In this document: positions 1 to 10,932 of the stretch, piece after piece | Layout: each line of letters starts with the position of its first letter | Numbering within the stretch: the stretch's first letter is position 1 | Assembly (NCBI GenBank): GCA_963809055.1 | Contig: CAWEID010000021.1 | Coordinates: 75,351-139,350, forward strand | DNA length: 64,000 nucleotides | Direction: 5' to 3' | DNA from: an uncultured Pseudomonadota bacterium | Lineage (GTDB): Bacteria > Pseudomonadota > Alphaproteobacteria > Rhizobiales > Beijerinckiaceae | Position numbers and translations under genes: made by a program | Notes under the pieces: model-generated | Told to the model about the DNA's origin: nothing | Databases searched by the model: none | The model's input: only the letters and a program-made list of their open reading frames with translations

Positions 1-2
1 GC

Positions 3-1415
3 ATTCTCGCGCATGGCGCGCCCGTCTATGGGATCAACACCGGTTTCGGAAAGCTCGCGGGCGTGCGCATCGCCGACGAGGATCTCGCGCGGCTGCAGCG
101 CAACATCGTGCTTTCGCACTCCGCGGGCGTCGGCGAACCGATGCCGGTCGCCACGACGCGGCTGATGATGGCGCTGAAACTCGGCTCGCTCGCCCAAGGC
201 GCCTCCGGGGTACGTCCACAGACGCTCGCGCTCATCGAGGCGATGCTGGATCGCGGCGTCTCGCCGATCGTGCCCTCGCAGGGCTCGGTCGGCGCGTCGG
301 GCGATCTCGCGCCGCTTGCCCATATGGCCGGCGTGATGATCGGGGTCGGCGAGGCCAGCGTCGGCGGCGTCGTCATGCCGGCTGCCGCGGCGCTCGCGGC
401 GACCGGTCTCGGCCCGATCGAACTCGGCCCGAAAGAAGGGCTTGCGCTGCTCAACGGGACGCAATTCTCGACCGCGCATGCGCTGGTTGGACTGTTCGAA
501 GCGGAAGGAGCATTTCGCTCGGCGTTGGCGACCGGCGCGCTGTCGACCGACGCCGCGCGCGGCTCCGACGCGCCGTTCGATCCGCGCATTCACGCCCTGC
601 GCCGGCATCGCGGCCAGATCGACGTCGCGGCTGCGTTGCGCGCCCTGATGGCGGGCAGCCGGATACGCGCCTCGCATCTGACGGGCGATGAACGCGTGCA
701 GGACCCCTATTGTCTGCGCTGCCAGCCGCAGGTGATGGGCGCCTGTCTCGATCTGCTTCGCCAGGCGGGAGCGACGCTCGCCGATGAGGCCAACGGGGTC
801 TCAGACAATCCGTTGATCTTCGCCGAAGACGATTCAGCGATCTCGGGCGGCAATTTCCATGCCGAACCCGTCGCCTTCGCGGCCGACATGATCGCGCTTG
901 CGATCTGCGAGATCGGCTCGCTCGCCGAGCGGCGGATTGCGATGCTGGTTGATCCCGCGCTCTCGGGCCTGCCCGCGTTCCTCACCGGGCGGCCGGGACT
1001 CAACTCGGGCTTCATGATCCCGCAAGTAACCGCAGCGGCGCTGGTCTCCGAAAACAAACAGCGCGCCTATCCCGCGAGCGTCAATTCGATCCCCACCTCC
1101 GCCAACCAGGAGGACCATGTCTCGATGGCCGCGCATGGCGCGCGCAGACTGACGGCGATGGCGCGCAACGCGGCTTCGGTGGTTGCGATCGAGGCGCTTG
1201 CCGCGGCGCAGGCCTGCGATTTTCACGCACCGCTTCTGTCGAGTCCGCCGCTGGAAGCCCTGCGCGCAAGGATCCGACGCGAGGTTCCCCATCTCGACGA
1301 AGACCGCTATTTTCACGCCGACATCGCCGCCGCGGAGCGGCTCGTGCAATCCGGCGAACTTGTCGCGGCGGCGGGCGCCGAGATATTGCCTGCGCTCGAG
1401 GGAGCGGCCCGATGA
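3..1415 (+). CDS. hutH: Histidine ammonia-lyase, 5'-truncated by the window edge
   Basis: Frame is open from base 3 ([12 protein letters not shown]). Contains the MIO-forming [26 protein letters not shown] and [10 protein letters not shown] motifs; lies upstream of hutG and hutU. Confidence 0.97.
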   Translation: MLAHGAPVYGINTGFGKLAGVRIADEDLARLQRNIVLSHSAGVGEPMPVATTRLMMALKLGSLAQGASGVRPQTLALIEAMLDRGVSPIVPSQGSVGASGDLAPLAHMAGVMIGVGEASVGGVVMPAAAALAATGLGPIELGPKEGLALLNGTQFSTAHALVGLFEAEGAFRSALATGALSTDAARGSDAPFDPRIHALRRHRGQIDVAAALRALMAGSRIRASHLTGDERVQDPYCLRCQPQVMGACLDLLRQAGATLADEANGVSDNPLIFAEDDSAISGGNFHAEPVAFAADMIALAICEIGSLAERRIAMLVDPALSGLPAFLTGRPGLNSGFMIPQVTAAALVSENKQRAYPASVNSIPTSANQEDHVSMAAHGARRLTAMARNAASVVAIEALAAAQACDFHAPLLSSPPLEALRARIRREVPHLDEDRYFHADIAAAERLVQSGELVAAAGAEILPALEGAAR

Positions 1416-2242
1416 CCTCGCATTTGGCTGACTGGCTGCATGTCGAGCGCCGCGAGGCGCCGCTGGTTGTGAGCATCCCTCACGCCGGCGTCGACCTCGC
1501 CGAATTCGAACCGCGTTTCGTCAACCCCTGGCTCGCGCGACGCGACGCCGACTGGCATATGGTCGAGTTCTACCGCTTCGTCGAATCGCTCGGCGCCACC
1601 GTCGTGCGCACTTCGCTTTCGCGTTCGATCATTGACGTCAACCGCGATCCCAGCGGCGCCTCGCTCTATCCGGGGCAGGCGACGACGGAACTCTGTCCGA
1701 CGACGACATTCGACGGCGACCTGCTCTATCGCCGGGGTCAGGAGCCCGGGCCGCAGGAGATCGCCGAGCGCCGGTCTCTCTATTTCGAGCCCTATCATGC
1801 GGCGCTCCAGGCGGAGATCGTCCGCCTGCGCGCCGCGCATCCGCGCGTCGCCCTCTACGACGCGCATTCGATCCGCTCGAACATCCCGCGCTTGTTCGAC
1901 GGGCAACTGCCGCAGTTCAACCTCGGAACGAATTCCGTCGCCAGCTGCAGCCCACGCCTGCGGGCGCGCCTCGCGAACCTCCTGGTCGAAAGCGGGGGGA
2001 GCCATGTCGTCGACGGGCGCTTCAAGGGCGGCTGGATCACTCGAAAATACGGCCGGCCGGAGCAAGGCGTCGAGGCCGTGCAAATGGAACTCGCCTGTCG
2101 CGGCTACATGCAGGAACCGTCGCCGATCGACCTCTCGAATTGGCCGACGCCGCTCGACGAGGCGCTCGCCGCCCCCACGCGCGCGACGCTGAAACGCGTG
2201 CTCGAAGCGCTGCTGAATTTCGTCAGCAATTCGGACAATTAG
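1412..2242 (+). CDS. hutG: N-formylglutamate deformylase
   Basis: [35 protein letters not shown] and [10 protein letters not shown] motifs; ATGA overlap with hutH. Confidence 0.93.
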   Translation: MTSHLADWLHVERREAPLVVSIPHAGVDLAEFEPRFVNPWLARRDADWHMVEFYRFVESLGATVVRTSLSRSIIDVNRDPSGASLYPGQATTELCPTTTFDGDLLYRRGQEPGPQEIAERRSLYFEPYHAALQAEIVRLRAAHPRVALYDAHSIRSNIPRLFDGQLPQFNLGTNSVASCSPRLRARLANLLVESGGSHVVDGRFKGGWITRKYGRPEQGVEAVQMELACRGYMQEPSPIDLSNWPTPLDEALAAPTRATLKRVLEALLNFVSNSDN

Positions 2243-2249
2243 AATGAAG

Positions 2250-2337
2250 TCGTCATTGCGAGCGCGGCGAAGCCATCCACGGCTCAAGAACAGGGCCTTT
2301 CACCGGCTGGATGGCTTCGCCGCGCTCGCACTGACGA
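2250..2337. repeat. Intergenic palindromic repeat (alphaproteobacterial REP/RPE-like element)
   Basis: 30-bp arms TCGTCATTGCGAGCGCGGCGAAGCCATCCA (2250-2279) and TGGATGGCTTCGCCGCGCTCGCACTGACGA (2308-2337), 1 mismatch, 28-nt spacer. Confidence 0.8.
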
Positions 2338-2364
2338 GCCCCGGCAGCAAATGAAAGGCTCGCC

Positions 2365-4038
2365 ATGAACGCTCTTTCCCGCCTCGACAACATGCGCCTG
2401 ATACGCGCGCCGCGCGGCTCCGAGATCAGCGCCAAGAGCTGGTTGACCGAAGCGCCGTTGCGCATGCTGATGAACAACCTGGATCCCGATGTCGCGGAGC
2501 GTCCGGGCGAACTCGTCGTCTATGGCGGAATCGGGCGCGCCGCCCGCGACTGGCCGGCGTTCGACCGCATCATCGAGACGTTGCGTCGCCTGGAGGCGGA
2601 CGAAACCTTGCTTGTTCAGTCGGGCAAGCCGGTCGGCGTGTTCCGCACCCATGCCGACGCGCCGCGCGTGCTGATCGCCAATTCCAACCTGGTGCCGCAC
2701 TGGGCGACCTGGGATCACTTCCACGAGCTCGATCGCAAGGGCCTGATGATGTATGGCCAGATGACGGCGGGCTCGTGGATCTACATCGGCTCGCAAGGCA
2801 TCGTGCAGGGCACCTACGAGACCTTCGTCGAAATGGGCCGCCAGCATTACGGCGGCTCGTTGAAGGGCAAGTGGATCCTGACGGCGGGCCTAGGAGGCAT
2901 GGGCGGAGCGCAGCCGCTATCGGCGACCATGGCGGGCGCCTCGATGCTGGCGGTGGAGTGCCGGCCCTCCAGCATCGAGTTCCGCCTGCGCACCGGCTAC
3001 CTCGACGTCGCGGCCAAGGATCTCGACGAAGCGCTCGTGTTGATCGAGAGCGCGACCAGGTCGGGCAAACCGGTCTCGGTAGGATTGCTCGGCAACGCCG
3101 CGGAAGTCCTGCCCGAACTGGTGCGCCGCGGCGTGCGGCCCGACATCGTCACTGACCAGACCTCGGCGCATGATCCGATCAACGGCTACCTGCCCAAGGG
3201 CTGGAGCCTGTCGCAATGGGAGGAGCGGCGCGTCAGCGATCCCAAGGGCGTCGAGCGTGCGGCCAAGGCCTCGATGGCCGAACACGTGCGCGCAATGCTC
3301 GCGTTCTGCCATTCCGGCGTTCCCACCGTCGACTATGGCAACAACATCCGGCAGATGGCGCTCGAGGAAGGCGTCAAGGACGCCTTCGACTTTCCCGGCT
3401 TCGTGCCCGCCTATATCCGCCCGCTGTTCTGCCGCGGAGTGGGCCCATTCCGATGGGTCGCCCTTTCCGGCGATCCCGAGGACATCTACAAGACCGACGC
3501 CAAGGTGAAGGAACTCATCCCCGATAATCCGCATTTGCACAACTGGCTCGACATGGCGCGCGCGCGCATCCATTTCCAGGGCCTGCCTGCGCGCATCTGC
3601 TGGGTCGGTCTGGGCGAGCGCGACCGGCTCGGGCTCGCGTTCAACGAAATGGTCGCGAGCGGCGAGTTGAAGGCGCCGATCGTCATTGGACGCGACCATC
3701 TCGATTCCGGCTCCGTCGCCTCGCCCAACCGCGAGACGGAGGCGATGCGCGACGGGTCGGACGCGGTCTCGGATTGGCCGTTGCTCAACGCGCTGCTCAA
3801 TTGCGCCTCGGGCGCGACTTGGGTGTCGCTCCATCACGGCGGCGGCGTCGGCATGGGATTTTCGCAACACGCCGGCATTGTGATCGTCTGCGACGGCACC
3901 GAGGCGGCGGCAAAACGGATCGCGCGCGTGCTGTGGAACGACCCTGCCAGCGGCGTGATGCGCCACGCCGATGCCGGCTATGAGATTGCGGTGGACTGCG
4001 CGCACGATAAGAAGCTCGATCTTCCGAGTCTGGGCTGA
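2365..4038 (+). CDS. hutU: Urocanate hydratase
   Basis: [63 protein letters not shown] and HHGGGVGMG motifs; 557 aa. Confidence 0.98.
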   Translation: MNALSRLDNMRLIRAPRGSEISAKSWLTEAPLRMLMNNLDPDVAERPGELVVYGGIGRAARDWPAFDRIIETLRRLEADETLLVQSGKPVGVFRTHADAPRVLIANSNLVPHWATWDHFHELDRKGLMMYGQMTAGSWIYIGSQGIVQGTYETFVEMGRQHYGGSLKGKWILTAGLGGMGGAQPLSATMAGASMLAVECRPSSIEFRLRTGYLDVAAKDLDEALVLIESATRSGKPVSVGLLGNAAEVLPELVRRGVRPDIVTDQTSAHDPINGYLPKGWSLSQWEERRVSDPKGVERAAKASMAEHVRAMLAFCHSGVPTVDYGNNIRQMALEEGVKDAFDFPGFVPAYIRPLFCRGVGPFRWVALSGDPEDIYKTDAKVKELIPDNPHLHNWLDMARARIHFQGLPARICWVGLGERDRLGLAFNEMVASGELKAPIVIGRDHLDSGSVASPNRETEAMRDGSDAVSDWPLLNALLNCASGATWVSLHHGGGVGMGFSQHAGIVIVCDGTEAAAKRIARVLWNDPASGVMRHADAGYEIAVDCAHDKKLDLPSLG

Positions 4039-4041
4039 GCC

Positions 4042-4593
4042 ATGCGTGTCATCCGCTTCGCGAGCCTTGCCCTGCAACCTTGGAAGAACCGGGGCGGCGC
4101 GACGCGCACGCTATTGTGCGCGCCTGAAGGGGCGGGCTTAGAGCATTTCGATTGGCGGATCAGCATCGCCGACGTCAGCTCGGATGGCCCGTTTTCCACA
4201 TTTCCCGGAGTCGAGCGCACGCTCGCGTTGATTGACGGCGAGGGCATGATCCTCAACATCGACGGCGCCGAGGAGCGATTGGACGCGTCCGCCCGCATCG
4301 TCTCGTTTCCCGGCGAATCGATCGTTTCGGCGCGCCTCGTCGGCGGGCCGGCGCGCGACTTCAATGTGATGACGCGGCGCGGCAAGTTCGTTCGCGAAGT
4401 CAGGGAAGTTAGAGACGGGGTGATCGTCGCCGAGCCCGCGGCGGCGATCGTCGCGATCGCGCTCGTCGATGGCGTCGAGTTCAAGAGCGCGGCGGGGCGC
4501 GCGAAGCTCGGGCGGTTCGATGCGGTCGTGACGCACGAGGCGCTGACGATCGCGGGAGATGCGATCGTGGCGCGCCTTTCGCCGATCCGGTAA
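4042..4593 (+). CDS. hutD: HutD/Ves family protein
   Basis: PWKNRGGATR, FDWRISIA, GPFSTFPG and DFNVMTRR motifs; directly after hutU. Confidence 0.9.
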   Translation: MRVIRFASLALQPWKNRGGATRTLLCAPEGAGLEHFDWRISIADVSSDGPFSTFPGVERTLALIDGEGMILNIDGAEERLDASARIVSFPGESIVSARLVGGPARDFNVMTRRGKFVREVREVRDGVIVAEPAAAIVAIALVDGVEFKSAAGRAKLGRFDAVVTHEALTIAGDAIVARLSPIR

Positions 4594-4715
4594 CGGGATG
4601 GGCCGTCCTCCCGCTTTTACGGGAGAAGGTCACGATGAGGCGTTCTCGTATCGCCGGTCCAATCGCGCGCTGCGGCAGGCCGCCGCCCCGGCGCTCCGCG
4701 CGCGCGGCAGGGGGC

Positions 4716-5498
4716 TCAGAAAGCATTCCGGTCGTGATAGGTCTGCAGGAACTGCCGCACGCGCGGCTCCTGGCTTTCGTGAAAAACATGTTTCGGCGGA
4801 CCGTGCTCGAGAATGCGGCCGGCGTCGATGAAGGCGATGCGGTCGGCGACATGGGCGGCGAAGCCCATCTCGTGCGTGACGATCAGCATCGTCATGCCCT
4901 CGGCGGCAAGCGAGCGCATAACCTCGAGCACTTCGCCGACCAGTTCAGGGTCGAGCGCCGACGTCGGTTCGTCGAACAGCATGAGTCTGGGCTGCATGGC
5001 GAGCGCGCGCGCGATGGCGACGCGCTGCTGTTGCCCGCCCGACAAGCGGGAGGGAAAGGCGCCCGCCTTGTCGGCTAGCCCGACGCGCTTGAGCATCGCC
5101 GCAGCGCGCTCGTTCGCCTCGTGTTGGCTGAGGCCGCGCACTCGGCGCAGCGGCTCGGCGACATTGCCGAGCGCGCTCATATGCGGCCAGAGATTGAAGT
5201 GCTGGAACACCATGCCGATCTCGCGCCGCATCTCGCGAAGGCGTCGTGCGGGCATCGGCCGGCGCGAGCCGTCCACCGCCTTTTCGTAGCCGATCAATTC
5301 GCCCTCGATGCGCACCTCGCCCTCATCGTAGGACTCCAGGAAGTTGACGCAGCGCAGCAGCGTGCTCTTGCCCGATCCGCTTGGCCCGATCAGGCAAACG
5401 ACTTCGGAGCGCCCGACATCGAGATCGACGCCACGCAGAACGCGATTGGCGCCGAAGCTCTTGGCGACGCCGCGGATCTCTATCATCGGGGCGCTCAT
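4716..5498 (-). CDS. Polar amino-acid ABC transporter ATP-binding protein
   Basis: Walker [10 protein letters not shown], signature [29 protein letters not shown]. Start trimmed to the ATG (MSAPMIE) overlapping the permease stop. Confidence 0.93.
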   Translation of the reverse strand: MSAPMIEIRGVAKSFGANRVLRGVDLDVGRSEVVCLIGPSGSGKSTLLRCVNFLESYDEGEVRIEGELIGYEKAVDGSRRPMPARRLREMRREIGMVFQHFNLWPHMSALGNVAEPLRRVRGLSQHEANERAAAMLKRVGLADKAGAFPSRLSGGQQQRVAIARALAMQPRLMLFDEPTSALDPELVGEVLEVMRSLAAEGMTMLIVTHEMGFAAHVADRIAFIDAGRILEHGPPKHVFHESQEPRVRQFLQTYHDRNAF

Positions 5499-6157
5499 GC
5501 CGGATTCGCCAGATAGGCCGTGACGCGCCGCTCGAACCGGCGCCCGAGGCGGGAGACGACTTCGACCAGCAGCCAATAGAAGGCCGCCATCGCGAAGATC
5601 GCGTCGAATGCCGTGAAGGTCTCGGCCGCCATGGTCTGCATCTGATACATCAGTTCGGGCACCGTGATGATCGAAAGCACGACGGTCTCCTTGGACATGA
5701 CGATCAGCGTATTGACGATCGGCGGCACGGCCGCGAGCAGCGCGGCGGGCAGACGCACCCGCAGCAGCGTCGAGATCGGATCCATGCCGATGCTCACGGC
5801 GGCCTCGATCTGACCCTTCGGCACGGAACTGAAACCGGCGCGAAAAATCTCAGCGAAGTAGGCGGAGGAATAGAGTCCGAGGCCGAAAATGCCCGCCGCC
5901 GTGGCGCTCAGCTTCAACCCGATGAACGGGCCTCCGGCATATAACAGAAAGAGTTGCATCAGAAACGGCGTGCCGCGCAGGACCTCAATGTAGACGCGCA
6001 GCCCCCAGCGCAGCGGCGCGAACGGCGTCTGATAGGCGAGGGCGACCGCAAAGCCGATGACGAGCCCGAGCGCGCCGCCCGCGCCCCAGCACATAATCGT
6101 AACTCCGAAGCCGCCGATCAGCGAGGGCGCGTAACGCCAGAGAATGTCCGGATTCAC
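5495..6157 (-). CDS. Polar amino-acid ABC transporter permease
   Basis: [26 protein letters not shown] (EAA loop); GTG start overlaps the upstream permease stop. Confidence 0.9.
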   Translation of the reverse strand: MNPDILWRYAPSLIGGFGVTIMCWGAGGALGLVIGFAVALAYQTPFAPLRWGLRVYIEVLRGTPFLMQLFLLYAGGPFIGLKLSATAAGIFGLGLYSSAYFAEIFRAGFSSVPKGQIEAAVSIGMDPISTLLRVRLPAALLAAVPPIVNTLIVMSKETVVLSIITVPELMYQMQTMAAETFTAFDAIFAMAAFYWLLVEVVSRLGRRFERRVTAYLANPA

Positions 6158-6810
6158 CGCGACCCCGCTTGGATGAAGCGCCGCTCGGCGAGCGCGCCTA
6201 GCCCCGCCAGACAGAGATTGATCGCGAGATAGAACAGTCCGCCGCCGACATAGGCTTCCAACGGGCGATAGGTCAGCGAGGCGATGTTCATGCTCACGCG
6301 CGTCAACTCCGCGATGCCGACTACGGAAACGAGCGAAGACGCCTTGATCAGCAGGATGAATTCGTTGATCAACGGCGGAATCGAGATGCGCAAGGCCTGC
6401 GGCAGCAGTATGCGTCGCCAGAGATCGAGCCCGCCATAGCCGAGGGCGACCGCCGCCTCGCTCTGGCCGCGCGGCACCGTATTGAGCGCGCCGCGCAGGA
6501 TTTCCGCCTGATAGGCCCCTGAGGACAGGCCAAGTCCGCCGATCGCGGCGACCAAAGCCGGCACGTCGAACCCGAATTTGGCGAGAAAATAATAGATGAA
6601 CAGCAATTGCACCAGCAGCGGCACGCCTCGGAATATGCTGACATAGGCGCCGCCCAGCCGCGCGGACCAGGGCGCGCCGGACACTCTGGCTATGCAGGCC
6701 GCGCCGCCAATCACGAAGCCGAGCGCGATGCCGGCGAGCGAAAGCGCGATCGTGACGCCGGCGGCCTGCGTCAGATAACCGAAAGAGTGCAGGATGACTT
6801 GCGGATGCAT
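6154..6810 (-). CDS. Polar amino-acid ABC transporter permease
   Basis: RGVPLLVQL, AYQAEILRGA, GQSEAA, ILLPQALR; start at MHPQVIL. Confidence 0.9.
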   Translation of the reverse strand: MHPQVILHSFGYLTQAAGVTIALSLAGIALGFVIGGAACIARVSGAPWSARLGGAYVSIFRGVPLLVQLLFIYYFLAKFGFDVPALVAAIGGLGLSSGAYQAEILRGALNTVPRGQSEAAVALGYGGLDLWRRILLPQALRISIPPLINEFILLIKASSLVSVVGIAELTRVSMNIASLTYRPLEAYVGGGLFYLAINLCLAGLGALAERRFIQAGSR

Positions 6811-6860
6811 CGGGCGGCCGCCGGCGAAGGGCGGCGCGCGCCGCCCTTCTGCCGACGAAA

Positions 6861-7715
6861 TCAGATCGAGGGTTCGGGAACGGTCTTGGGCAGATCCATC
6901 GTCTGGCCGAACCAGGTCTTCTGGATTTTGGCCATGGTCCCGTCGCCCTCGAGCTTGACGATCGCTGCATTGATCGCCGCCAGCAAGGAACTGTCCTCGA
7001 GTCGGCCGACCCACGAAAAATATGTCGGCTGGCCGAAGGCCGGCAACACCACTGCAAACGTGTCCGAGCGCTGAGAGGCGGCATAGGCGAGGTTCGGCAG
7101 CGAGTTGACGGAAGCGTCGATGCGGCCCGCCGCGAGATCGGCGTAGGACTGGTTATTGTCGACGTATTCCTTCACCTCGACGGGCTTAGGCAACTTGGCC
7201 GAGAACGCCTTCAACTGCTCGAGCTGCGAAGTGCCCTTCTGCCCGCCGACGGTCTTGCCGGCGATGTCCTCGGGCTTGACGATGCTCTTGTCGTCGGCGC
7301 GCTTCATCAGCGCGGCGGTCGCATCGGCGATCGGCACCGAGAAGCTGTAACGCTTCATGCGCTCCTTGGTGATCGTGACCGGGGCGATGCAGAGGTCGAA
7401 TTTCTTGGCCTCCAGGCCGGGCAGCACGCTGGTCCAGGGCAGGTCGAGATAGGACACCTTGACGCCCAATTCCTTCGCCACCGCGTCGATCAGATCGCGG
7501 TCGACGCCTTTGTAGACGCCGTTGTCGGATATATCGAAAGGCGGGAACTGCATTTCCGTTGCGACGACCAGTTCGCCGCGCTTCTTGATCTCCGCCAGCG
7601 TGTCGTCGGCGAAAGCCGGGCGCGCCCCGCCCGCGAGGCTTCCCGACGCGGCCAGCGCCGCCAAGCTTTTCAGCGCTGCGCGCCGGGTCAGACCGAATGG
7701 ATTTCCTTCCGACAT
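6861..7715 (-). CDS. Amino-acid ABC substrate-binding protein (family 3) with twin-arginine-like leader
   Basis: TRRAAL leader, DTLAEIKKRGELVVATE, LPGLEAKKFD, DLAAGRIDA; GGAGG RBS upstream. Confidence 0.92.
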   Translation of the reverse strand: MSEGNPFGLTRRAALKSLAALAASGSLAGGARPAFADDTLAEIKKRGELVVATEMQFPPFDISDNGVYKGVDRDLIDAVAKELGVKVSYLDLPWTSVLPGLEAKKFDLCIAPVTITKERMKRYSFSVPIADATAALMKRADDKSIVKPEDIAGKTVGGQKGTSQLEQLKAFSAKLPKPVEVKEYVDNNQSYADLAAGRIDASVNSLPNLAYAASQRSDTFAVVLPAFGQPTYFSWVGRLEDSSLLAAINAAIVKLEGDGTMAKIQKTWFGQTMDLPKTVPEPSI

Positions 7716-7842
7716 CTTACGCCTCCCGATTTGATTTGAGCGATCCGATGAATTTCTTTCGCGTTTGCGCCCGCCTCGCCGGCGGCCGGACCGCAATTTC
7801 GATACTAGGCCGCCGCCCGCGGCTTGCCCAGCGTCGTCTTTA

Positions 7843-7856
7843 TAAGTCTAGACATA
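7843..7856. promoter_or_regulatory. Candidate HutC (GntR-family) operator
   Basis: Near-palindrome TAAGTCTAGACATA (6 of 7 pairs) in an AT-rich patch between the divergent SBP and oxidase genes; resembles the TGT(A/C)TA(G/T)ACA HutC box, and the hut operon is adjacent. Confidence 0.6.
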
Positions 7857-8022
7857 ATAAAACGCCGAGTCAATTTGGGTGGCCGGCCGATCCGTGGCGG
7901 GCGCGGTTTGCGGGCTCGCCAATCACGAAGAATTTGTCGCCAGTTGCGGAACTCGCCGATTTGCTGCTGTGTACCTCGCCGGAAACCGCGAGGGCCCCCG
8001 ACATGCAAAGTCCGACACTGCC

Positions 8023-9612
8023 GTGAGCGACGCCGAGAGCCCGAAAATGAGCCGGCGCGATCTCCTGGCGCTGATCGGAGCGAGCGCCGGCGGGGCGGCG
8101 ATGTATCGGGCGATGACGAGCCTCGGGTTTGCGGCCGAATCGCCTTATCGCGGCCCGATCCGGCTCGAAGGCGATCCCAAGGGCGCCTCGGTTCTCGTTC
8201 TTGGGGCGGGCCTGGCCGGCATGACCGCGGCCTACGAACTCGGTCGCGCGGGATACCGAGTGCAAGCGCTCGAATACAATGCCCGCGCGGGCGGGCGGAA
8301 CTGGTCGCTGCGGGGCGGCGACGTCTACACCGAACTCGGCGGCGCAACGCAGCGCTGCGAATTCGACGATGGACTCTATCTCAATCCCGGTCCCTGGCGC
8401 ATCCCCTATCACCATCACGCGATCCTGGACTACTGCCGCAAATTCGGCGTGGCTCTCGAGCCGTTCATCCAGCTCAATCACAACGCCTACCTTCATTCGA
8501 CGCGGGCCTTCGGCGGCGCGCCGCAGCCCATCCGCGCCGTCAAGGCCGATTTTGCAGGCGCGATTTCCGAATTGCTGGCCAAGGCCACGCGCAAGGGCGC
8601 TCTCGATGAAGCGGCGTCGAAAGAGGACCAGGAGATTCTGCTCGAGGCCTTGCGCGCGCACGGCGGTCTCGACAAAGACTATCGCTATGTCGCCGGGGAG
8701 GATTCGGCCGAGTTTCGCGGCTACGCCAAAGACCCCGGCGGCGGCTTGAGCGCGAAACCGGTCTACAGCGAACCTATCGGCTTGCACGATCTGCTCACGT
8801 CGAAACTCTGGCGCGGCCTGCAAAGCTTTTCGGCTTATGATTTTCAGACCACCATGTTCCAGCCCGTCGGCGGCATGGGCCGGATTGGCGAGGCCTTTGC
8901 GCGCCAGTTGCCGGACGTGATCCGATTGGGCGCGAAAGTGACGGCGATCCGACAGGACGAGCGTGGCGTCAGCGCGACATTCGAGCAGGACGGCAGGGTC
9001 GAGGAAGCGAAGGCCGACTGGTGCGTCTGCACGCTGCCGCTGTCGATCCTGAGCCGGCTCGCGATCGATGTGTCGGCGCCGATGAAAGCGGCGATCGACG
9101 CCGTGCCCTATGCGTCGGTGGTGAAGACGGGATTGCAGTTCCGCCGCCGCTTCTGGGAGGAGGACGAGCACATTTTCGGCGGCATTTCCTACACCGATCT
9201 GCCGATCCGGCAGATATCCTACCCGAGTTCAGGCTTCAACGCGGGCGGCAAGGGCGTTCTGCTCGGCGGCTATACCTGGGATGGGCCGAGCGCCTACGAA
9301 CTGACAGCGATGTCGCCGGCCCAACGCATCCGGGTCGCCCTCGACTGCGGGGCGCAGATCCACCCGCAATACATCAGCGAATTCGAGACCGGCGTTTCGG
9401 TCGCCTGGCACCGCGTTCCATTCGCGCTCGGCTGCGCGGGCGAATGGAGCGACGAGGCGCGGCGCGACCATTACGACAATCTCTGTCGGATCGACGGCCG
9501 GATCGTGCTCGCCGGCGAGCACGCCTCTTACATCCCTGCCTGGCAGGAGGGCGCGATCCTGTCCGCGCTCGACGCGATCACGCGCCTGCACAGACGCGTT
9601 CTCGCGGATTGA
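8023..9612 (+). CDS. Flavin monoamine oxidase / L-amino-acid oxidase family protein, Tat leader
   Basis: SRRDLL twin-Arg leader, FAD motif VLGAGLAGMTAAYEL, RAGGR, NPGPWRIP, AGEHASY, WQEGAILSA. Start is GTG 8023 or ATG 8047. Confidence 0.9.
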   Translation: MSDAESPKMSRRDLLALIGASAGGAAMYRAMTSLGFAAESPYRGPIRLEGDPKGASVLVLGAGLAGMTAAYELGRAGYRVQALEYNARAGGRNWSLRGGDVYTELGGATQRCEFDDGLYLNPGPWRIPYHHHAILDYCRKFGVALEPFIQLNHNAYLHSTRAFGGAPQPIRAVKADFAGAISELLAKATRKGALDEAASKEDQEILLEALRAHGGLDKDYRYVAGEDSAEFRGYAKDPGGGLSAKPVYSEPIGLHDLLTSKLWRGLQSFSAYDFQTTMFQPVGGMGRIGEAFARQLPDVIRLGAKVTAIRQDERGVSATFEQDGRVEEAKADWCVCTLPLSILSRLAIDVSAPMKAAIDAVPYASVVKTGLQFRRRFWEEDEHIFGGISYTDLPIRQISYPSSGFNAGGKGVLLGGYTWDGPSAYELTAMSPAQRIRVALDCGAQIHPQYISEFETGVSVAWHRVPFALGCAGEWSDEARRDHYDNLCRIDGRIVLAGEHASYIPAWQEGAILSALDAITRLHRRVLAD

Positions 9613-9619
9613 GGAGCCG

Positions 9620-10051
9620 ATGGCGTTGCGAAACATCGGGTCCTTCGCGCTTCTCGCCGCCGCCGTCCTGGCGCCCTCTGCTTCCGGCGCGCAGTCGGCG
9701 GCGCCGACGGCGCCTGCCCTCAGCCGAGGCTGGGTCTTTGAGGAGCAGGGCGGAGCAGCGCTCTATGCCGAAGTTTGCGCCGGCTGCCACCAGGCCGAGG
9801 GCAAGGGCGCCGTCGGCGCCGCCAGCTATCCCGCCCTTGCCGCCAACCGCGCCCTCGCCTCGGCCGGATATGTCGAAAGCGTGATTCTGAACGGTCTTGA
9901 CGCCATGCCGCCGCTCGGCTCGATGATGAGCGACCAGCAGACCGCAGACGTGATCAACTATGTCAGAACCCATTTCGGCAACAATTATTCCGACGAGGTT
10001 TCGTCCGCCGACATCAAGGCCGCACGGCCGCATCCGGGGGCAGGCCCTTGA
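9620..10051 (+). CDS. Monoheme cytochrome c
   Basis: Signal peptide, CAGCH heme-binding motif, YPALA, distal Met in AMPP, VINYVRTHFGN. Confidence 0.92.
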   Translation: MALRNIGSFALLAAAVLAPSASGAQSAAPTAPALSRGWVFEEQGGAALYAEVCAGCHQAEGKGAVGAASYPALAANRALASAGYVESVILNGLDAMPPLGSMMSDQQTADVINYVRTHFGNNYSDEVSSADIKAARPHPGAGP

Positions 10052-10145
10052 AGCGGTAGGGGCCGCCCGCCGCGCGGGTTTCATCGCGGTCCGGAACCCG
10101 ATATGAGATAGGCCGAGCCAGCCAGCCATTTTCAGGAGCGCCGGA

Positions 10146-10889
10146 ATGCTGAAGACGATCGGCCGAATATTGATTGTCTCACTGTGGGTCGTCGCGAGCG
10201 GGGCGTTGGCGGACACGCTCGTCCTGCCGGACCGGCTCATCGATCTGCGCTCGGCCCAAGGCGAGGCGTTCCTGCTCGAGAGCCACGCGCTCGAGGCTTT
10301 TTTTCCGATCAGCGCAGCTTTCGAGACCCAGAAGACCCAGGCCTATTGCGGGGTCGCAAGCACGGTCATGACGCTCAACGCGCTCGGGGTTCCCGCGCCG
10401 ACCAGCCCGGAGTACCAGCCCTTTTCCTTCTTCACGCAAGACAATGTGCTCAATGAAAAGACCGATGCGATCCGGCCGCGCGAACTGATCGCCCGTCGCG
10501 GCATGACGCTCGATCACCTCGGCGCGATCCTCGCGCTTCACCCGGTCAAGGTCGAGGTCCGCCATGCCGCTCCCGGCGGGCTCGAGGAGTTCCGCAAGTC
10601 GGCGAGCGCATATCTCGCGGCCAAGGGGCATTTCGTTATCGTCAATTATTTGCGCAAGACGCTGGGGCAGGAGATCGGCGGGCACATTTCGCCGCTCGGC
10701 GCCTATGACGAGAAAACCGATCGCTTCCTCATCCTGGATGTTGCGCGCTACAAATATCCGCCGGTCTGGGTGACGGCCTCGGATCTGTTCAACTCGATGA
10801 ACACGCCCGATCCCGACAATGAAGGCAAGACCCGCGGTTATGTCCTGATATCGGGGGAAGGCTTGGCCGGGGCCGCGCCGGCGCAATAG
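10146..10889 (+). CDS. Phytochelatin synthase family protein (prokaryotic short form, predicted secreted)
   Basis: QKTQAYCGVAS (Cys), GGHISPLGAYD (His) and LILDVARYKYPPVW (Asp) form the papain-like triad; hydrophobic leader ends in ALA. Confidence 0.9.
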   Translation: MLKTIGRILIVSLWVVASGALADTLVLPDRLIDLRSAQGEAFLLESHALEAFFPISAAFETQKTQAYCGVASTVMTLNALGVPAPTSPEYQPFSFFTQDNVLNEKTDAIRPRELIARRGMTLDHLGAILALHPVKVEVRHAAPGGLEEFRKSASAYLAAKGHFVIVNYLRKTLGQEIGGHISPLGAYDEKTDRFLILDVARYKYPPVWVTASDLFNSMNTPDPDNEGKTRGYVLISGEGLAGAAPAQ

Positions 10890-10932
10890 CGGGCGGGAGC
10901 AGGGGCGGCGATCCGCCTCGGGAGAGGGCGAC

